Notes: generated by a model from the letters alone, not told the origin. A DNA stretch of 64,000 nucleotides from Podarcis cretensis (GCA_951804945.1 OX638158.1:20460001-20524000); one strand, 5' to 3'; shown: positions 1 through 13,794, numbered from the stretch's first letter. Program-made: numbers and translations.

Positions 1-1488
1 AACACATGCAGGTCATAAAAATCCACCCAACAGCAGCACAACAAAATCTTAGGCAGCACAACTAGCAGCAAATAACATTGTTCTATTCAGTCAAGAACCT
101 GAGAATAAAAAAAGGGAGTTTTTACCTGGCACTGAAAACATGCCAGCATAGGCATGAGGCAGACCTCACCGGGGGCTACAGCGTTCAGCAAAGGGGGAGC
201 CACAATTGAAAATTGCCCCCTCCCTTGTCATTCTCCTCCAAGCCTATTGGAGAAGGGTCTTAGATTCTGCACAACAGGAAGCTTGAAGGGGAAGACTGAT
301 GGAAATCTAAACACCGTCTTCTGAAAGATGACAGTTCTGGGTTTAAACTGTCTGGGTATAGAACTGACTGCAGGGATTTGCCTGTTTGTTCCCTGAACGC
401 ATTTATGTGCACGCACAATACACATGGGGGAAGCCTCTAAAGCACTGTAAATATTTATCAGTTCCAAAAACTGCCCTAGACTTTGCAGCTGTGAGATATT
501 TTTTTCCCCAGATCTGAAACTCTTTGTGTATTTTTAATACAAACTGAGCTGTCAAGTTTGGCTCACTGCCAAGAAACCTAAATACAGACACTGTGAGCCA
601 TCTGCCCATCCTTTGGCTGCCTCCTGACAATTAAAGCCAAAACAGTAGTAGCTGCCCTATAAATTGACATGTTACTCCCAAGTCAGGGGCACAACACAAT
701 ATGTTGTGCCTTCCCCAAGGAGCACAGAATGGCATATCACTAGGACAGCACATATTTGAAATATTGGTGAAATGACCCCCAAAATTCCCAAGACACATGG
801 ACCACTGCAATAAATTTTTATGAAGCAACTTGAAATCTGTAAAGGGCCTAAACAAACTCTTGAGTTCTATACACGCAAATAGTCCCTGATAAACAAACAG
901 ACCCTCAACCACAAGCAACAGCAAAATGCAGACTTATTAAAAACTAGAGAACTGCATTATCATTGCAGGGCTGAACGCTCCCATTCCAACTGCAAAAATT
1001 CTACGATTACCCCAATCCTTACAAACTATCTTGTAAGGTAGGCACACTTTACCAACCTTGTACTGCGGGAGACAGGGATTCAACATTGAGAACAGAGCGA
1101 GCTTTCCTACAGTCACAGGGCAAGTTCAGATCTCCCATTCGTCAGGAGATGGGGATTCCTTCACTCTTTCTTAGCCACTGTGTTGCACCAGCTTTCTATT
1201 ACAGTGATTATCATTTGTGTTTCAAGGTAAGGACTATAATCAGTGTGCTTATAAATAATGGTTGATAGCTACAGTAGCTACTTATGGTCAGGTAACCGGT
1301 GCACACAGCTGGTTGTCAGGCGTACCATTACGTAGTGGTGCTGTGCCACAGCTAAAACAAAAACACACTTAAAGGGTCTGCACTCAATAATCAGGTTGTG
1401 CAAACAAATACAGCAGGCTGGAAAAGTTTGCGCTGTTCTGCTCATGTTTGGAACTTGAGAGGACTCTTCAAAGAATTAAAAGAACATG

Positions 1489-1637
1489 TGGATAGTTCAG
1501 CTGGTATAGCATGAGACGCATAATCTCGGGGTTGTGGATTCGAGGCCCACATTGGGCAACAAGATTCCTGTACTGCAGGGGGTTGGGCTAGATGACCCTT
1601 GTGGTCCCTTCCAACTCTACAGCTCTATGATTCTATG
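1489..1637 (+). mobile_element. tRNA-derived SINE with CR1-type 3' tail
   Basis: A/B-box head (tagttcagctggtatagc...gattcgaggccc), then ggtcccttccaactctac and (ttctatga)n tail. Confidence 0.8.
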
Positions 1638-2714
1638 TATCACAGTGTTGTTCTACCTTGTATCATGCTCAGGCAGCTTAGCCACTTATCAGAGATGATG
1701 GGAACTGGAATCCAACAACCCCCAAAGCCCAAGTTTGAAGAAGACTCAGCCTGGTAAGTTGAAGGGCAATGCTGAACTTAGCTATGAAGGCTAGATTCTA
1801 TCAAAACGTAGATTACATGCAGCCATAAAACACCAGGCTTTTACAAGAGCAACATGCTGTAGCTTGGTGATATATTTCACGGATTGTAGGGGGACGGAAT
1901 AATGTACAAAGAATCCCAAAGCCTCTACAAATTATGCAATCTCATAACATAACTGTAAATCTGCTGCAAATACCATTGTTTGCAGAAGGCTTCAGGGTTC
2001 CAACGGGGAGGCATCTCTGTGCTTTGTGTGACCAAATGCACCTCTCCTTTTAAACAAATCAATCCATTCCTGTCACCAGACACCCCTGTTGCTGGAGCGT
2101 CTCCCTTCCTTTCGCTAAATTGCTCTTTCAAAAGGAAAGGAAGTGAATGTCAATAGCTTGGTTCTGGGTCCATGAACACCAGGCCCGGACCAGTTTACAG
2201 TCAGATTTGCTTCCAGTTAAGTACAGTATTGTTTAAAATGTCTAGCTCTGTGTCAAGTCTCATCTTCCTGGGTACATGCTGATTTAATGTCCAGATAAGC
2301 TAATGTGGTAGGCTCTAGAAGAGCTGCCAACCTTCAAACATTTTGTGCAGTCTGAGTAGAAAAAATAAACACACTGCAACATGCAGATTTTGGCTGTACG
2401 TTTTTAAAAGAGCATTATAGAATGAATAATCCTAAGAAGAGTGTAAAAGTCTAGAAGTGAAAGCAAAAAAGAAGTCAAGATGGATGATAATAAGTCAGTG
2501 CTATAAGGCAGCTATATCAACCTGGCATCCTCCAGATGTTTTAAACCACAACTCCCATCAGCTGCTGGGAGCCATGGTCCAAACATCTGGAGGGTGCCAG
2601 GTTGGCAAACATTGCTTCACATGAAAACCATAAAAATATTGGTGCTTATGGAAGAAAGAAAAAGAGCAATGAACAGAAGCCAGTGCAGCTGGTTCTTCCT
2701 TCCTAAGAGTAGAA

Positions 2715-3046
2715 CCTGACATTTGTCCCTATTGAAATTTTGTCATTTTGTTAGTTTGGGCTCAGTCCTCCAATCCTGAATCCCAATTCTGTCTTCCACG
2801 TTTCGTGTCATCTGCAGATTAGACGAGCATCCCCTCAATGCCTTTGTCCAAGTCGTTTATAGAGACAATGAACAACAATGGGCCCAGGAAAGAATCCTGC
2901 GGCATCCCACTTGTCACTTTTTCCCAGGACGACAAGTCAGTGAGCCCTCTTTGGATTAGGTCAGCCAACCAGCTACAAATCCATCCAACAGTTACATCAT
3001 CCAGTCCACAATTTACCAGCTTCTCTGCAAAAATATCATGTGGGGA
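2715..3046 (-). mobile_element. CR1 LINE reverse-transcriptase fragment
   Basis: Translation ...[19 protein letters not shown]...[37 protein letters not shown] is a decayed CR1 RT (GVPQGSVLGP, FADD). Confidence 0.85.
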
Positions 3047-4563
3047 ACTCAAGCTCTTCAAAAGAACAAGCTTAAAATATGAAGAGGCATCTGGTTTAGC
3101 TACAGCATCATTACTGTATATGGTTTCCTGGCTAGTATGTCCTCTTAATCCCTCCATGAAACATCCATACTAATAGTCTATCCCCAGCCGCAACATTACT
3201 TCTGTGCCCAGATCCTTGTCTCGGTTGGCACGGCCAGCTCCACTGGCACACTAAAAGGAAGTGCAAGGCTAGAATTTACATTCCGAAAGTGCCATCCCTT
3301 GGCACACACCAAACAAGAGGCTAAGCTAAAGTGGAAGAGGCCAACATTCTCCAAACAGAAAGCTGCCTTTTGTGGAAGGTGCTGCCATTTGCCGTGCCCC
3401 ACAGATCAGGCTATATTTGTTTATGAGTCAGCCCACTGGGGAGGTCAACTCAACTCAAGAGCAGGCAGGCAGAGTAAAATACTTCCAGCAGTGCCCCCCC
3501 CTCCTCCAGCTGATGCACAAGAGCTGCATCCAAGGCAGTGCCGTTATTCATGCATGCGATTGCCTCTCCCCCGCCTTTGCTGGTGACGCCGTGCAATTGC
3601 AAGCCTCCGGATCTGGCCTAATGCCAAATTAGTCCTGAAACCATTTGGGCGTAGGGTCCCTGCCAGGAAGGAGAATGAGCAGGATGGGGGGCCAGACCGA
3701 CAGCTGCCGTCACCCCGCCCTCCACGCATGAGAACCCTGGGCTAAAATTAGAGACAAAAGGACGGCAACAAACGTGGAGTTAGGAGTTAGGACTCCTAGC
3801 TGAAAAGTGGTAGGAGTCAGGTCGCTGGGGCGAGAGATAATCGGCAGAAGTTAAAAGCAAACCTTGGGGGTGAGGGGCAGAGAAGGCATTCACTGCACAC
3901 CTTGGAAGTGCTCGCCCAGAATAGAAAATCTTTTGATGGTTTGTTTGTTTTCTAAAGAGACCTGCAAATAAGAAGTCTAAAAACCACAGACATGGGCTCT
4001 GTGCCATCGTCTATCTAAACAAGAAAGCCCTGAAGCATGTGATCCGTGTCAAGGATAAGCTTCTCCCCTCTGCAGAGCCAGCTGTTGGGTAAGGCAGCAG
4101 CTCGCTGCTAGTTCCCATAGCACCAAGAGGCTTGTGCTACTGGATACTTAGGGGGCACAGGCTGTTTAAATCAAGGCAGCTGCCTGCAGAAGAACTGTGT
4201 GGCAGGAGCTGCCTTGTTCTTCAGGGTCAGACACGGTCACTTGCCCTGCTCCTGGATCTGACCTGGGAGAGAAGAGTGCTTCCATGGAAGAACCACTCTT
4301 TATCAAGGGAAAGACACCCAGAGCCCATATAACTGTTAAAAGAACAGGAACTTGGAAGAATTTCTGCTTGAGCTTGCTTTCCCCTCTCCTCCCATTCTTT
4401 TTTCCTTGTGTGCTGCGTCTCTTTAGATTGTGAACCTGAGGGTAGGGGCCATCTTATGACTGATTTCTGGTGGGTGCTCCAAGAGGCCTCTGGTGACAGC
4501 GCTCTTCTTATGAGTTGTGCTCTTTACACTTGATGAGTTAATTTATTTAATGTATTTACAGTA

Positions 4564-4789
4564 CAGTGGTACCTCGGGTTACATACGCTTCAGGTTACAG
4601 ACTCTGCCAACCCAGAAATAGTACCTCGGGTTAAGAACTTTGCTTCAGGATGAGAACAGAAATCGTGTTCTGGCGGCGCGGCAACAGCAGGAGGCCCCAT
4701 TAGCTAAAGTGGTGCTTCAGGTTAAGAACAGTTTCAGGTTAAGAACGGAGCTCTGGAACGAATTAAGTACGTAACCAGAGGTACCACTG
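4564..4789. mobile_element. Tc1/mariner-type MITE
   Basis: TIRs CAGTGGTACCTC...GAGGTACCACTG flanked by TA on both sides. Confidence 0.9.
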
Positions 4790-6827
4790 TATACCCTTTA
4801 GCAATTATTTTTTTTAAAATGCATTAAATACACTAACCCATTAAGTGTAGAGAGCACAACTGATAAGAAGAGCACTGTCACAAAGTAACATCCATTGGCT
4901 TTAATCCAGTGGGAACAGTGTTAGCATGAATGGCAGTTCTTCAGCAACTATTTACAAACACAACATGGTTCTCTGAAATTTCACGGCTGCAAGCATCATG
5001 CAGAGTTATGTCGTGGGGAAGGGATGGGGGAAAGAAAGCTTGTCCCCTCAGGGATACCCCTATCTTGTTTATTTATAAATTAAAGTTGAAAATTAATAAA
5101 TTAATAAGGATACTCATATGGATCAGATGGCTGGGGTCAAAGAAAAGTTTAATGAATGGTTCAAAAATGTGTACATTTAAGAAAGGAAAGGAGGGAAAGC
5201 TCAGTAAGGAAAGCGAAGATATTCAGAAGGAATACAGGGAGAGAAGCCATTGGGCTCTACCAAGACAGCAACAAGCAGGACTGCCACTGGTCTTCTGGAA
5301 AGCTGCCAGTCAAATACATAAGAACAATGCAACTTATTAGGCAGAAGGTCCCCATCACTCTCACTGACCACGCAGGAGGGAAACGCTCTTAAGCCCCCGC
5401 CCCCCAGCATGCCTAAAAAGCCTTCTAAAAGGGGACAGACACACACCCCTTTAGCTGGCTTCAACTGTGTAGTCATAGGCCTACAAAGAGTTGGCAGCTA
5501 CAACACTATAAACTTATAAAACAGGAAAGGATGAAAGAAAAAATTGGATGTAGCACACTTCTACTTAGGGCAGATCCACACCATGCATTTAAAGCACATC
5601 CATTGCACACGACTTCCCTCAAAGCATCCTGGGAATTGTAGTTTCCCCATCACAAAGCTTAACCACCTACAGTTCCCAGGATTCTTTGAGGGAAGCCATG
5701 TGCTGTACAGTATCTGCATACAGTATTTTATTGCTTTATACCAACTTTTTTTTTTTTTGCACACTGCTTAGATATCTTGATGTTTAAGTCTAATATTTTC
5801 ATTAAATAAATGAAACTTGTAATCTGCCACATCAGCCCTACTCTACCCTGGGACAGAAAAGGGAAACGGGCACTTCTCTTCTCCGAGGAAAAAGTTGGCT
5901 CCAACAGAACTTAATCTGAGCCCTAAAAAGCATATAGAGCTGAAAGAGGAAGTAGGAAAGTGCATCACGCTTCCAACTTTCTATTTCAGTATTTTTCAAG
6001 GGAGAAAAAGATAACCGCCCTCACCAAGTGGGTAGTGAATACTTAGTAATTTTCAGAACTTTACCTGTTGCATATCAATTCCATTGTCTGGTACCCAGCA
6101 ACATATACCTTGTTCTACAACTTTCATTATTGCAGAGACTATATTGCATATAGTTTTTCCAGTAGTCTGGGGTGTGGAGAATTCTCTAGATTTGAGTTAA
6201 TTTTTCAAGCAGTAGTCAAGGGCAAGGCAGACTGATTTTATGATGGTGTTACTTCTCTAACCAAAGCCTGCAGAAGCAAGTGAAGGCACATCTTAAAAAG
6301 CAGACAGATGAAAACCAAGAGAATGAATTTTCAGCTAGCAGCGGTGTGCAAATAAAACACAATAAAACCCAAGTATCTGACAGCAGAAGTCATCAAATCA
6401 CATTTAAGCCCTCAAACGAATTGAGCAAATATATAGATTTTGCAGCGTGGTACACATCCAGCAGCAGAACAGCTCATACACACAGAGGAACTGATTTTCC
6501 TACAGGGGAAGAAAAATCAAGAAAGCTGTCTTCCCAGCCTTGTCAGAACAGACATGTCATTATTGTATGCCCCTCCTTTGACCCTTCAAATGGAAGTACT
6601 GCCAGCATAAGACCTCATCCATGCACTTCTCCACATGTATGTATGGGGAGCTGCTTCTACACTGTGCCACCCCAAATTTGGGCGGGTGGAGGCATGTTGT
6701 TCCAGCCCTCTCTCCCTAACTGCAGACCAGACTGAGATTCTGCTAGGAGAGAAGATACCCAGCAGGCAGGATAGATACCACCAACTCAGTCCATGTACTT
6801 GCAGAACTTGGGGACACAGGGAGCTGC

Positions 6828-6982
6828 CATAAAGAGAATCAGACGATTGGTCCATCTAGCTCAGTTCTGTCTACACTGACTGACAGCAGCTTTTTAAAGG
6901 GAGGGGACATTCCAAGCCAAGCCTGGAGATGTTGGGGACTGAACCTGGGACTTTCTGCATGCAAAGCAGGAAGCTCTTCCCA
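6828..6982 (-). mobile_element. Squam3-like tRNA SINE
   Basis: ggagatgttggggactgaacctgggactttctgcatgcaaagcag is a reverse tRNA-like head; related copies at ~39515-39680 (-) and ~53935-54085 (+). Confidence 0.65.
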
Positions 6983-7655
6983 TAATTTCACACATGTACT
7001 GCTGCTACAGGGAGGGTTTTGCACAGGCATCTGGTTGGCCACTGGGGGAGCAGAATAATGAATAAGATGGACCCTTGGTTTGGCTGTGGGTGGGTGGGTA
7101 TGCACATCACATTTCTCCAAATCTAAATTACCTAGAAATGGCATTTTTTTACTCCAATGTGACAAAAAAATCCCCCACACATAACAGATTAGTTCACATC
7201 AAGCCAAGCTGCTTTCCATGATTTAGATTTGGAAAGATTCCTAACCCTACAGAGTTGACATATGTTCACTTTGAAAATGCAGGTGCAAAGCATTCCAGTT
7301 ACTACTACTTCAGGGAAGCCCATGCAGGCAGCATCACAGTAGGTACCAATATGTTCTCATCAAAACACGGAATTTCATTGCCACTCCCCACCCTGTTTGT
7401 CAGCATTAAGCATGGATTAAAAAGTGGGGGTGCATGCGTGCAAAGCTATCAGTTGTGCAGGACTACAATATGCCCACAGCGCAACTTTGAGCTAGTTAGT
7501 GAAGAAGTAAATTAGGCACCAATTGATGATGGCTTAAAAAAAAAAAAAAAGATAAACGCAGCACACATTTTATTAAAATTTTGGGGAAACTAAACCTGTC
7601 TGCAGACAGCTTACGTGGTGCATGGGAAAAAATCCCAATTATATCCAAGCTGATA

Positions 7656-8031
7656 GGGACGCAGGTGGCGCTGTGGGTTAAAGCCTCAGCGCCTAGGGCT
7701 TGCCGATCGAAAGGTCGGCGGTTCGAATCCCTGCGGCGGGGTGCGCTCCCGCTGCTCGGTCCCAGCGCCTGCCAACCTAGCAGTTCGAAAGCACCTCCGG
7801 GTGCAAGTAGATAAATAGGGACCGCTTACCAGCGGGAAGGTAAACGGCGTTTCCGTGTGCGGCTCTGGCTCTGGCTCTGGCTGTGGCCAGAGCAGCGATG
7901 TCACGCTGGCCACGTGACCCGGAAGTGTCTCCGGACTGCGCTGGCCCCTGGCCTCTTAAGTGAGATGGGCGCACAACCCCAGAGTCTGTCAAGACTGGCC
8001 CGTACGGGCAGGGGTACCTTTACCTTTACCT
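7656..8031 (+). mobile_element. Sauria SINE, full length, 17-bp TSD
   Basis: tRNA-like head with B box GGTTCGAATCC, body gtgcaagtagataaataggga, (ACCTTT)n tail; TSD TTATATCCAAGCTGATA at 7639-7655 and 8032-8048. Confidence 0.93.
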
Positions 8032-8847
8032 TTATATCCAAGCTGATAACATTATCAGGGGAACCATGTGATACACTCTTGCTGAGCTACATCAATTCAA
8101 ATTGATAGAAGCAGGGAGAAGTGTGGAATATTTGCATTCTCCACTAATGAGAAAAGGTCTGTTCTTCTCAAGATGCCAGCTTTCCCTAATGTATTTGGAT
8201 GCTTCTCCATGTATGTGTGAATGACACAGGCTAGAAGTGGGGGAATGTAATTACCCATAGAGCTGAAGACGTGTGCAGAACTCAACTATGCACAAGGGTT
8301 GTATGTAGAAACAGCCCCATATGGAGAAAATGCATGAACCAAGCCCTACACAATTATTTATGTTTACTTCAGTGCAACATATATGAAATGCTAGATGGAG
8401 GCTTCTATAAAAGGAGTACTCATTTTATTGTCAGAAATAAAAAAGACACCTTAAACACTCAAATTTAAAAAGAACAAATATCAAGTCACAATACAGATGC
8501 AATTTTGGGGCACTCCTGACATGTTTAGAAACCTCCCAAAGTTGTCATAGAAACAGCAATAGAAGCCAGATTTACAATTCTCTGCACATTTAAACCAGAC
8601 TGAAGTATAGAAAGGTCAGGATTAACTGAAGGGCAAATCTTCCCAAGTTTGATAGAGGCAAATTCTCAGAGATAGAAACAGCAAATGATTGTCATTCAAA
8701 CAAACAGCAAGTTGCTGGTGTATGAAAAGGAAATTTCCATCAAAATGGAATAAATAGTAAAGTCTTTATGTTATTCAACAAATGGCACTGAAGCATCTTA
8801 GAGACCAATACAGATTTCCTGTTTTACTCCAAACCTCTCTTAAGATG

Positions 8848-8906
8848 ACACTGGCTATCTGTGTTTACCAATACACACTGGCTATCTGTGTTTACCAATA
8901 CACACT
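8848..8906. repeat. 27-bp tandem duplication
   Basis: ACACTGGCTATCTGTGTTTACCAATAC x2 plus ACACT. Confidence 0.92.
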
Positions 8907-8917
8907 TTGTGCTTGTA

Positions 8918-9130
8918 CAGTGGTACCTCAGGTTAAGAACATAATTCGTTCCGGAGGTCCATTCTTAACCTGAAACTGTTCTTAACCTGAGGTACCACTG
9001 TAGCTAATGGGGCCTCCCGCTGCCACCACGTGATTTCTGTTCTCATCCTGAAGCAAAGTTCTTAACCAGAGGTACTAGTTCTGGGTTAGCGGAGTCTGTA
9101 ACCTGAAGCATCTGTAACCTGAAGCGTCTG
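8918..9130. mobile_element. Tc1/mariner-type MITE, right end lost
   Basis: Same family in the opposite orientation to 4564-4789. Confidence 0.85.
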
Positions 9131-10431
9131 TTGTATTGTGTTTTTATCTGCTGAGCAATTAATATGGGGCACCTTTTTCAACAGTTGCTATGCTTTCAAC
9201 TGAGCAGTCTAATGAATTACCCAACTAAATGTTGAAACCGAAATAGTTAGTGAGTAGGCACAAGCAACTCTTGCATCTGTTATACGCATGTATTAACTGC
9301 TGTGGCGACTCAACCAGACAACTGCTCAAGATTCATAGTCTCTAGAAAGTTAGCCCCGCAAGGACTAGATCACAAAGCTATTGCCTTATGTCAGGGATGA
9401 GGAACCCATGGTTCTTCAAATGTTGTTAGGCTCCGTCTCCCATCACTCAGGATCCTGGGACATCCTGGCAGGGTCTGATAACTTCCTGTCTAAAGTGCTT
9501 TTCTCTCTTGCCCCCCATCTCGCTTTAGTAGGTGAAAAGATGCTGCACATTAAGTTAAAATCTGAGAAGCAATGGCAATGGATAAGTTAAACATCCTTAT
9601 TAGAACAACTTAACAATTTTATATCAACCATGCTTTTCAAAGTGCCAATTTTAATACACTACAAAAACAGAACTTAAAGGGACTAATTGAAATGGTTGAG
9701 GCTTTAAATTAAAAGTTAATGGGAACAAGAAACACAAGCTACTTTAGAAACAGAATCTTCTAAAAGCAAAAACATTTCCTTACAAGTTAGAAGGAACTTA
9801 CATTGCCTAGATGTGACCAACACAATCAGTATGTTTGAGAGGTAGAATGTTATGCCTTAAAAATGTTGTACTGTACTTCTTTTAATTCCAAAGCTAAACT
9901 ACATTTATGCTGATTGCAGCTTTTACATTCCTGGTTGTCATGTACAAACTGACAAGCTAAACCTCTGTGGAGCAGGGTGGAAGAGGGGGAAGCTGCTCGT
10001 TGACATTTATTTGTCAATCTGGGAAGAGTGAAAATTGGCTGTCAACATTTCTAGTGCATGCAGAGATATAACAGCTTTGCATTAATATCTAGATCTGTGC
10101 ATCTGTATCAAAACATGCTGGGGGGGGCGGAAAGCTTGGCATATATTATACTAATTACCATTAAACATCCAACATAAGGAGAAGCACTGCTGTTTTAACA
10201 GCAGCCTGGTGCCGTCATAGCATTTCTGGTCTGTTAACAGTGGTTAGAATGACCACGGCTGTCCAAGGAACAGCTGCAGTACCAGTTCGGTCACCAGATA
10301 CTTGCCTTTCTGCACCTTGTCTTCTAGCACCCAGTGATGCAACAAGGAGGAGGATGACACACATATATAGGCTCCACTGCCAAGGAGTGAGGGAGTAAAG
10401 GGGCCAAACCTGGTTCTACAGTAGAGCCAAG

Positions 10432-10744
10432 CAGGGGCGTCTTGCCCATAGAAGCAAGTGGCACAGGGCGCCGAGTTCTGGAGGGTGCCAGGGAAGAGGC
10501 GGAGGCTGGACACGGTGCCTCCCGGCATCAACTCGCCACCCTTGCCCACCTCGCTGAAGCAGTGCCGCGCCCGGAGCCTCCGCCTCTTCCCCGCCGGAGA
10601 AGCAGCCCTCCAGCCGCTGCCCACCTCCTCCAGCCCTGCAAAGCTGCCAGCCGGGCCGTAAAAAGGTTGGCAACTCTGGGAAATGGGGGGGGGGGCTGGG
10701 GGGATGTTTGCACCACAGCACCGGATGTACTTAAGACGGCCCTG
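10432..10744. mobile_element. Non-autonomous hAT element with GC-rich interior
   Basis: TIR caggggcgtctt / aagacggccctg; TSD GAGCCAAG/GAGACAAG. Confidence 0.75.
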
Positions 10745-11599
10745 GAGACAAGATATTTAAACACTCTGTGCTTACCTCACAGTGAAGGGAGGGCACTGAA
10801 CTTAGTGTATGATGATCTTGGTTTCCTGGTCATCAGATCAGGAAAAAGGAGTGTCTGTTCTGCGAAGGGATCTTCCCCAGCCACAGGCGGAAATTCCAGA
10901 ACTTTGAAAATATGAGAGTCACTCATGTGATCCATGGTTTTCTTGGCAAAGAATTGGATGCTGAGCTTGCCAGGTCCGGTTCCCAAGAAGGAACCTGTTC
11001 CCTTAAGAATTATACACCCAGGAGTTGTGCTCTGATGATGTTTGTGGACTTCAGCTCCCATCAGTCCCAGCAAACACAATCAATGGGTGAAGGGTGGTGG
11101 GAGCTGCAGTTCACAACATCTGGAGAGCACCATGTTGGCTATCACTGTTCCAATCACGACAAGACTGTGGTGGGAAAAGGGACACATTTTGGACAATGTT
11201 CTACTTTCTATGAAATGGCGTCTGCACACGCACAGATACCAGAAATCACGTCTGCGCATGTCCAGATGCCGAAAATCGCTTCTGTGCAGGTGCAATTTTT
11301 GGCATCTGGGCATGCGCAGAAGCGATTTCCAGCACTGCAGACATGCACAGACACGATTTTCGGCATCACGCTACACCAGTCCGGCCCACGGATGATCTCC
11401 ATAGGAGTAATCTGGCCCATGCCCGGCAAACCTTGCTGACCCCTGCTTTACACAGTATGTGCAATTAACATCATATACATTTAGTAGACAGAACTAAGAA
11501 AATGAGTCAAAGTAGAACATCATTGGATTTAGGGATGTGGAAAGCTCATTCAAAATTTTCCAGAAACCCAAATAAATGGGTACACATGGTCATTGCCCT

Positions 11600-11750
11600 C
11601 CATCTTATCCTCACAGCAACAAAGAGTTGTAAGACACAGTGACTGGGCCAAGATTCCCCAGTTAAGCTTTGCAGATGAGCAGGAATTTTCACCCAGGTGT
11701 CCTCATTCTGTAGCTTGACACTCTCTAGCTAATGCACCACACTAGCTCAG
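11600..11750 (-). mobile_element. Old MIR-like SINE relic (similar relics ~1010-1195, ~33800-33865, ~48975-49150)
   Basis: atcctcacagcaac...gtgactgggccaag...gcaccacactagct pattern recurs at these sites. Confidence 0.45.
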
Positions 11751-13331
11751 ATCGCAAGCGCCTATTCGAAAACCAAAAAAAGAAACTTGACAGTGTGTTT
11801 CACCCCTTAAATTAGTGCCATCAGGACAAGAGAGATAAAAGGCAGACAAGATGCTTTAAGCCATATATTACGGAAGACTCAAAGCCCACCCCACCAAGAC
11901 GTCACGGCTACCGCCTGCTGCTTTCAATGAGTAATTTCCATTCTGCCACATTTGTTTTCCAATAGATATGGGAGTTCTGGAGAAAAAGGTTAAATGAAGG
12001 ATCAATAACACACTTCAGAAGCTAGATTTATGGAACAAAGTAATCCATCCTTTCTTTTCCGAACTCATGCCCTCCAAGGCCATATGATGCTCCCATGGGT
12101 AACATTTTTGTAATTGCATTTCTGCTTTAGCTAAGTGATGGAGATGATCCATGTCGCCAGCTTTCTTGTCCCTTATTGACTATATGTGAAAAAGCTACAA
12201 TCCATAGTTTTTTCCACATGCATTTACAGCCTTGCTTTCACTAAGCTGATTTAAAACCTCTTATTGTGGCCAGATTTTGCCATGCTAAAAAGCTACACAA
12301 GAAATACAGAAAGAAACCATGACTTCATTTCCCCCTGCCATGCTGCAAGCAATGCATTGATCCATATCTGAATTCCATGGGAATGCAGCTTTACCTTGGG
12401 CTAGAGAAGATCGAACTACATCCGCGAGTCCTCATCCAGCTACCACAGTGGACAGTAGCCTAAGAGAGGCATTTGATGTGTCGGTGCAGAGCAATAGCAT
12501 GTCAGATTTTCAAGTGCCAGCTGTGAAAGTGAAGAATAGGGTTCAAGCACACCCCATAATCTAGCCCTGTGTTTCTCAAACAGTGAACCTGGAGTCACCG
12601 GTGGGCCTTGAACCACTATCTGGTGGGCTTCAGTGCCACAGCTTGCCCAGTGTCCTCATTACTGGCCTGCCCTGCCCCCAGTTGTGCCAATATTTTTGAG
12701 AGGCATGTAGGGTGGGAAGAAAAAGCCATATCCACTTAAGAGTCTTAAATCAGCAAATTCTGCCTAAACTGGGAAGGCTGAGTCAAAATACCTCCAGAAC
12801 AAAGGTCCATCCTTAGCTTGAGGAAGGCTGAGCCATGAAACTCCTTGCTACATGGAAAAGGCTGCGCCCCCCCCCCAAAAAAAAAAAGCTGTTTCCAAAG
12901 ATGGGTTAGATAGCAATAAATTGCCAATTGATTGTGCCAAATTCTGCCTCCATTTGCCACCATTTTGTGACCAGCTTTATCTCTGCACCACCATTTTGTG
13001 ACAGGTAGGCCTCTGTTCTTTCTAACCAACTTCAAGTGGGCCCTTGGGATAGAAAATCTAAGAGCCCTTATCTAGCCTAAATCTTTCCTTGAGATAGGAT
13101 AACTGATACCCAAGGTTTTTTTTAAAAAAGCACCATGTTACTATTCACCAATAACAATATGCTCTGGGAAATAGGACCTTGGAAATTCCAAGCTCCTGAC
13201 TCTAATGCAACACCTGTCAGAGTTTCCTCTTTTCTCTATGTGTTTCACTTACTGTGCCATTTTGATTCAGAGATAAGAATTCGCAGATCAGTTGATGAAA
13301 AGGTAGGCAAACTGGATTCCTAGTCTCTTCT

Positions 13332-13691
13332 GGACATGGGTGGCACTGTGGGTTAAACCACAGAGCCTAGGACTTGCCGATCAGAAGGTTGGTGGTTCGA
13401 ATCCCTGCGATGGGGTGAGCTCCTGTTGCTCGGTCCCTGCTCCTGCCAACAACCTAGCAGTTCGAAAGCACGTCAAAGTGCAAGTAGATAAATAGGTACC
13501 GCTCTGGCGGGAAGGTAAACGGCGTTTCTGTGCACTGCTCTGGTTCGCCAGAAGCAGCTTAGTCATGCTGGCCACATGACCCGGAAGCTGTACGCTGGCT
13601 CCCTCGGCCAATAAAGTGAGATGAGCGCTGCAACCCCAGAGTCAGTCACGACTGGACCTAATGGTCAGGGGTCCCTTTACCTTTACCTTTA
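13332..13691 (+). mobile_element. Sauria SINE, full length, 13-bp TSD
   Basis: Same family as 7656-8031; TSD CCTAGTCTCTTCT at 13319-13331 and 13692-13704. Confidence 0.93.
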
Positions 13692-13755
13692 CCTAGTCTC
13701 TTCTGTCTGAACGAGCAACATCCTGTCATGCTCAGGAGTTGGGAACCTGTGGCCC

Positions 13756-13757
<2 letters not shown>

Positions 13758-13792
<35 letters not shown>
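13758..13792. repeat. (CA)17 microsatellite
   Basis: Direct reading. Confidence 0.97.

Positions 13793-13794
<2 letters not shown>

Noticed and set aside
1489-1560. tRNA gene (also heads at 7656, 13332, 33800, 53935, 54968)
   Set aside because: A/B boxes run straight into SINE bodies and tails; cloverleafs are degenerate.
10912-11439. 175-aa ORF with repeated SAH.Q.P.I motifs
   Set aside because: Spans two DNA-transposon relics with internal ~30-bp repeats; no splice or homology support.
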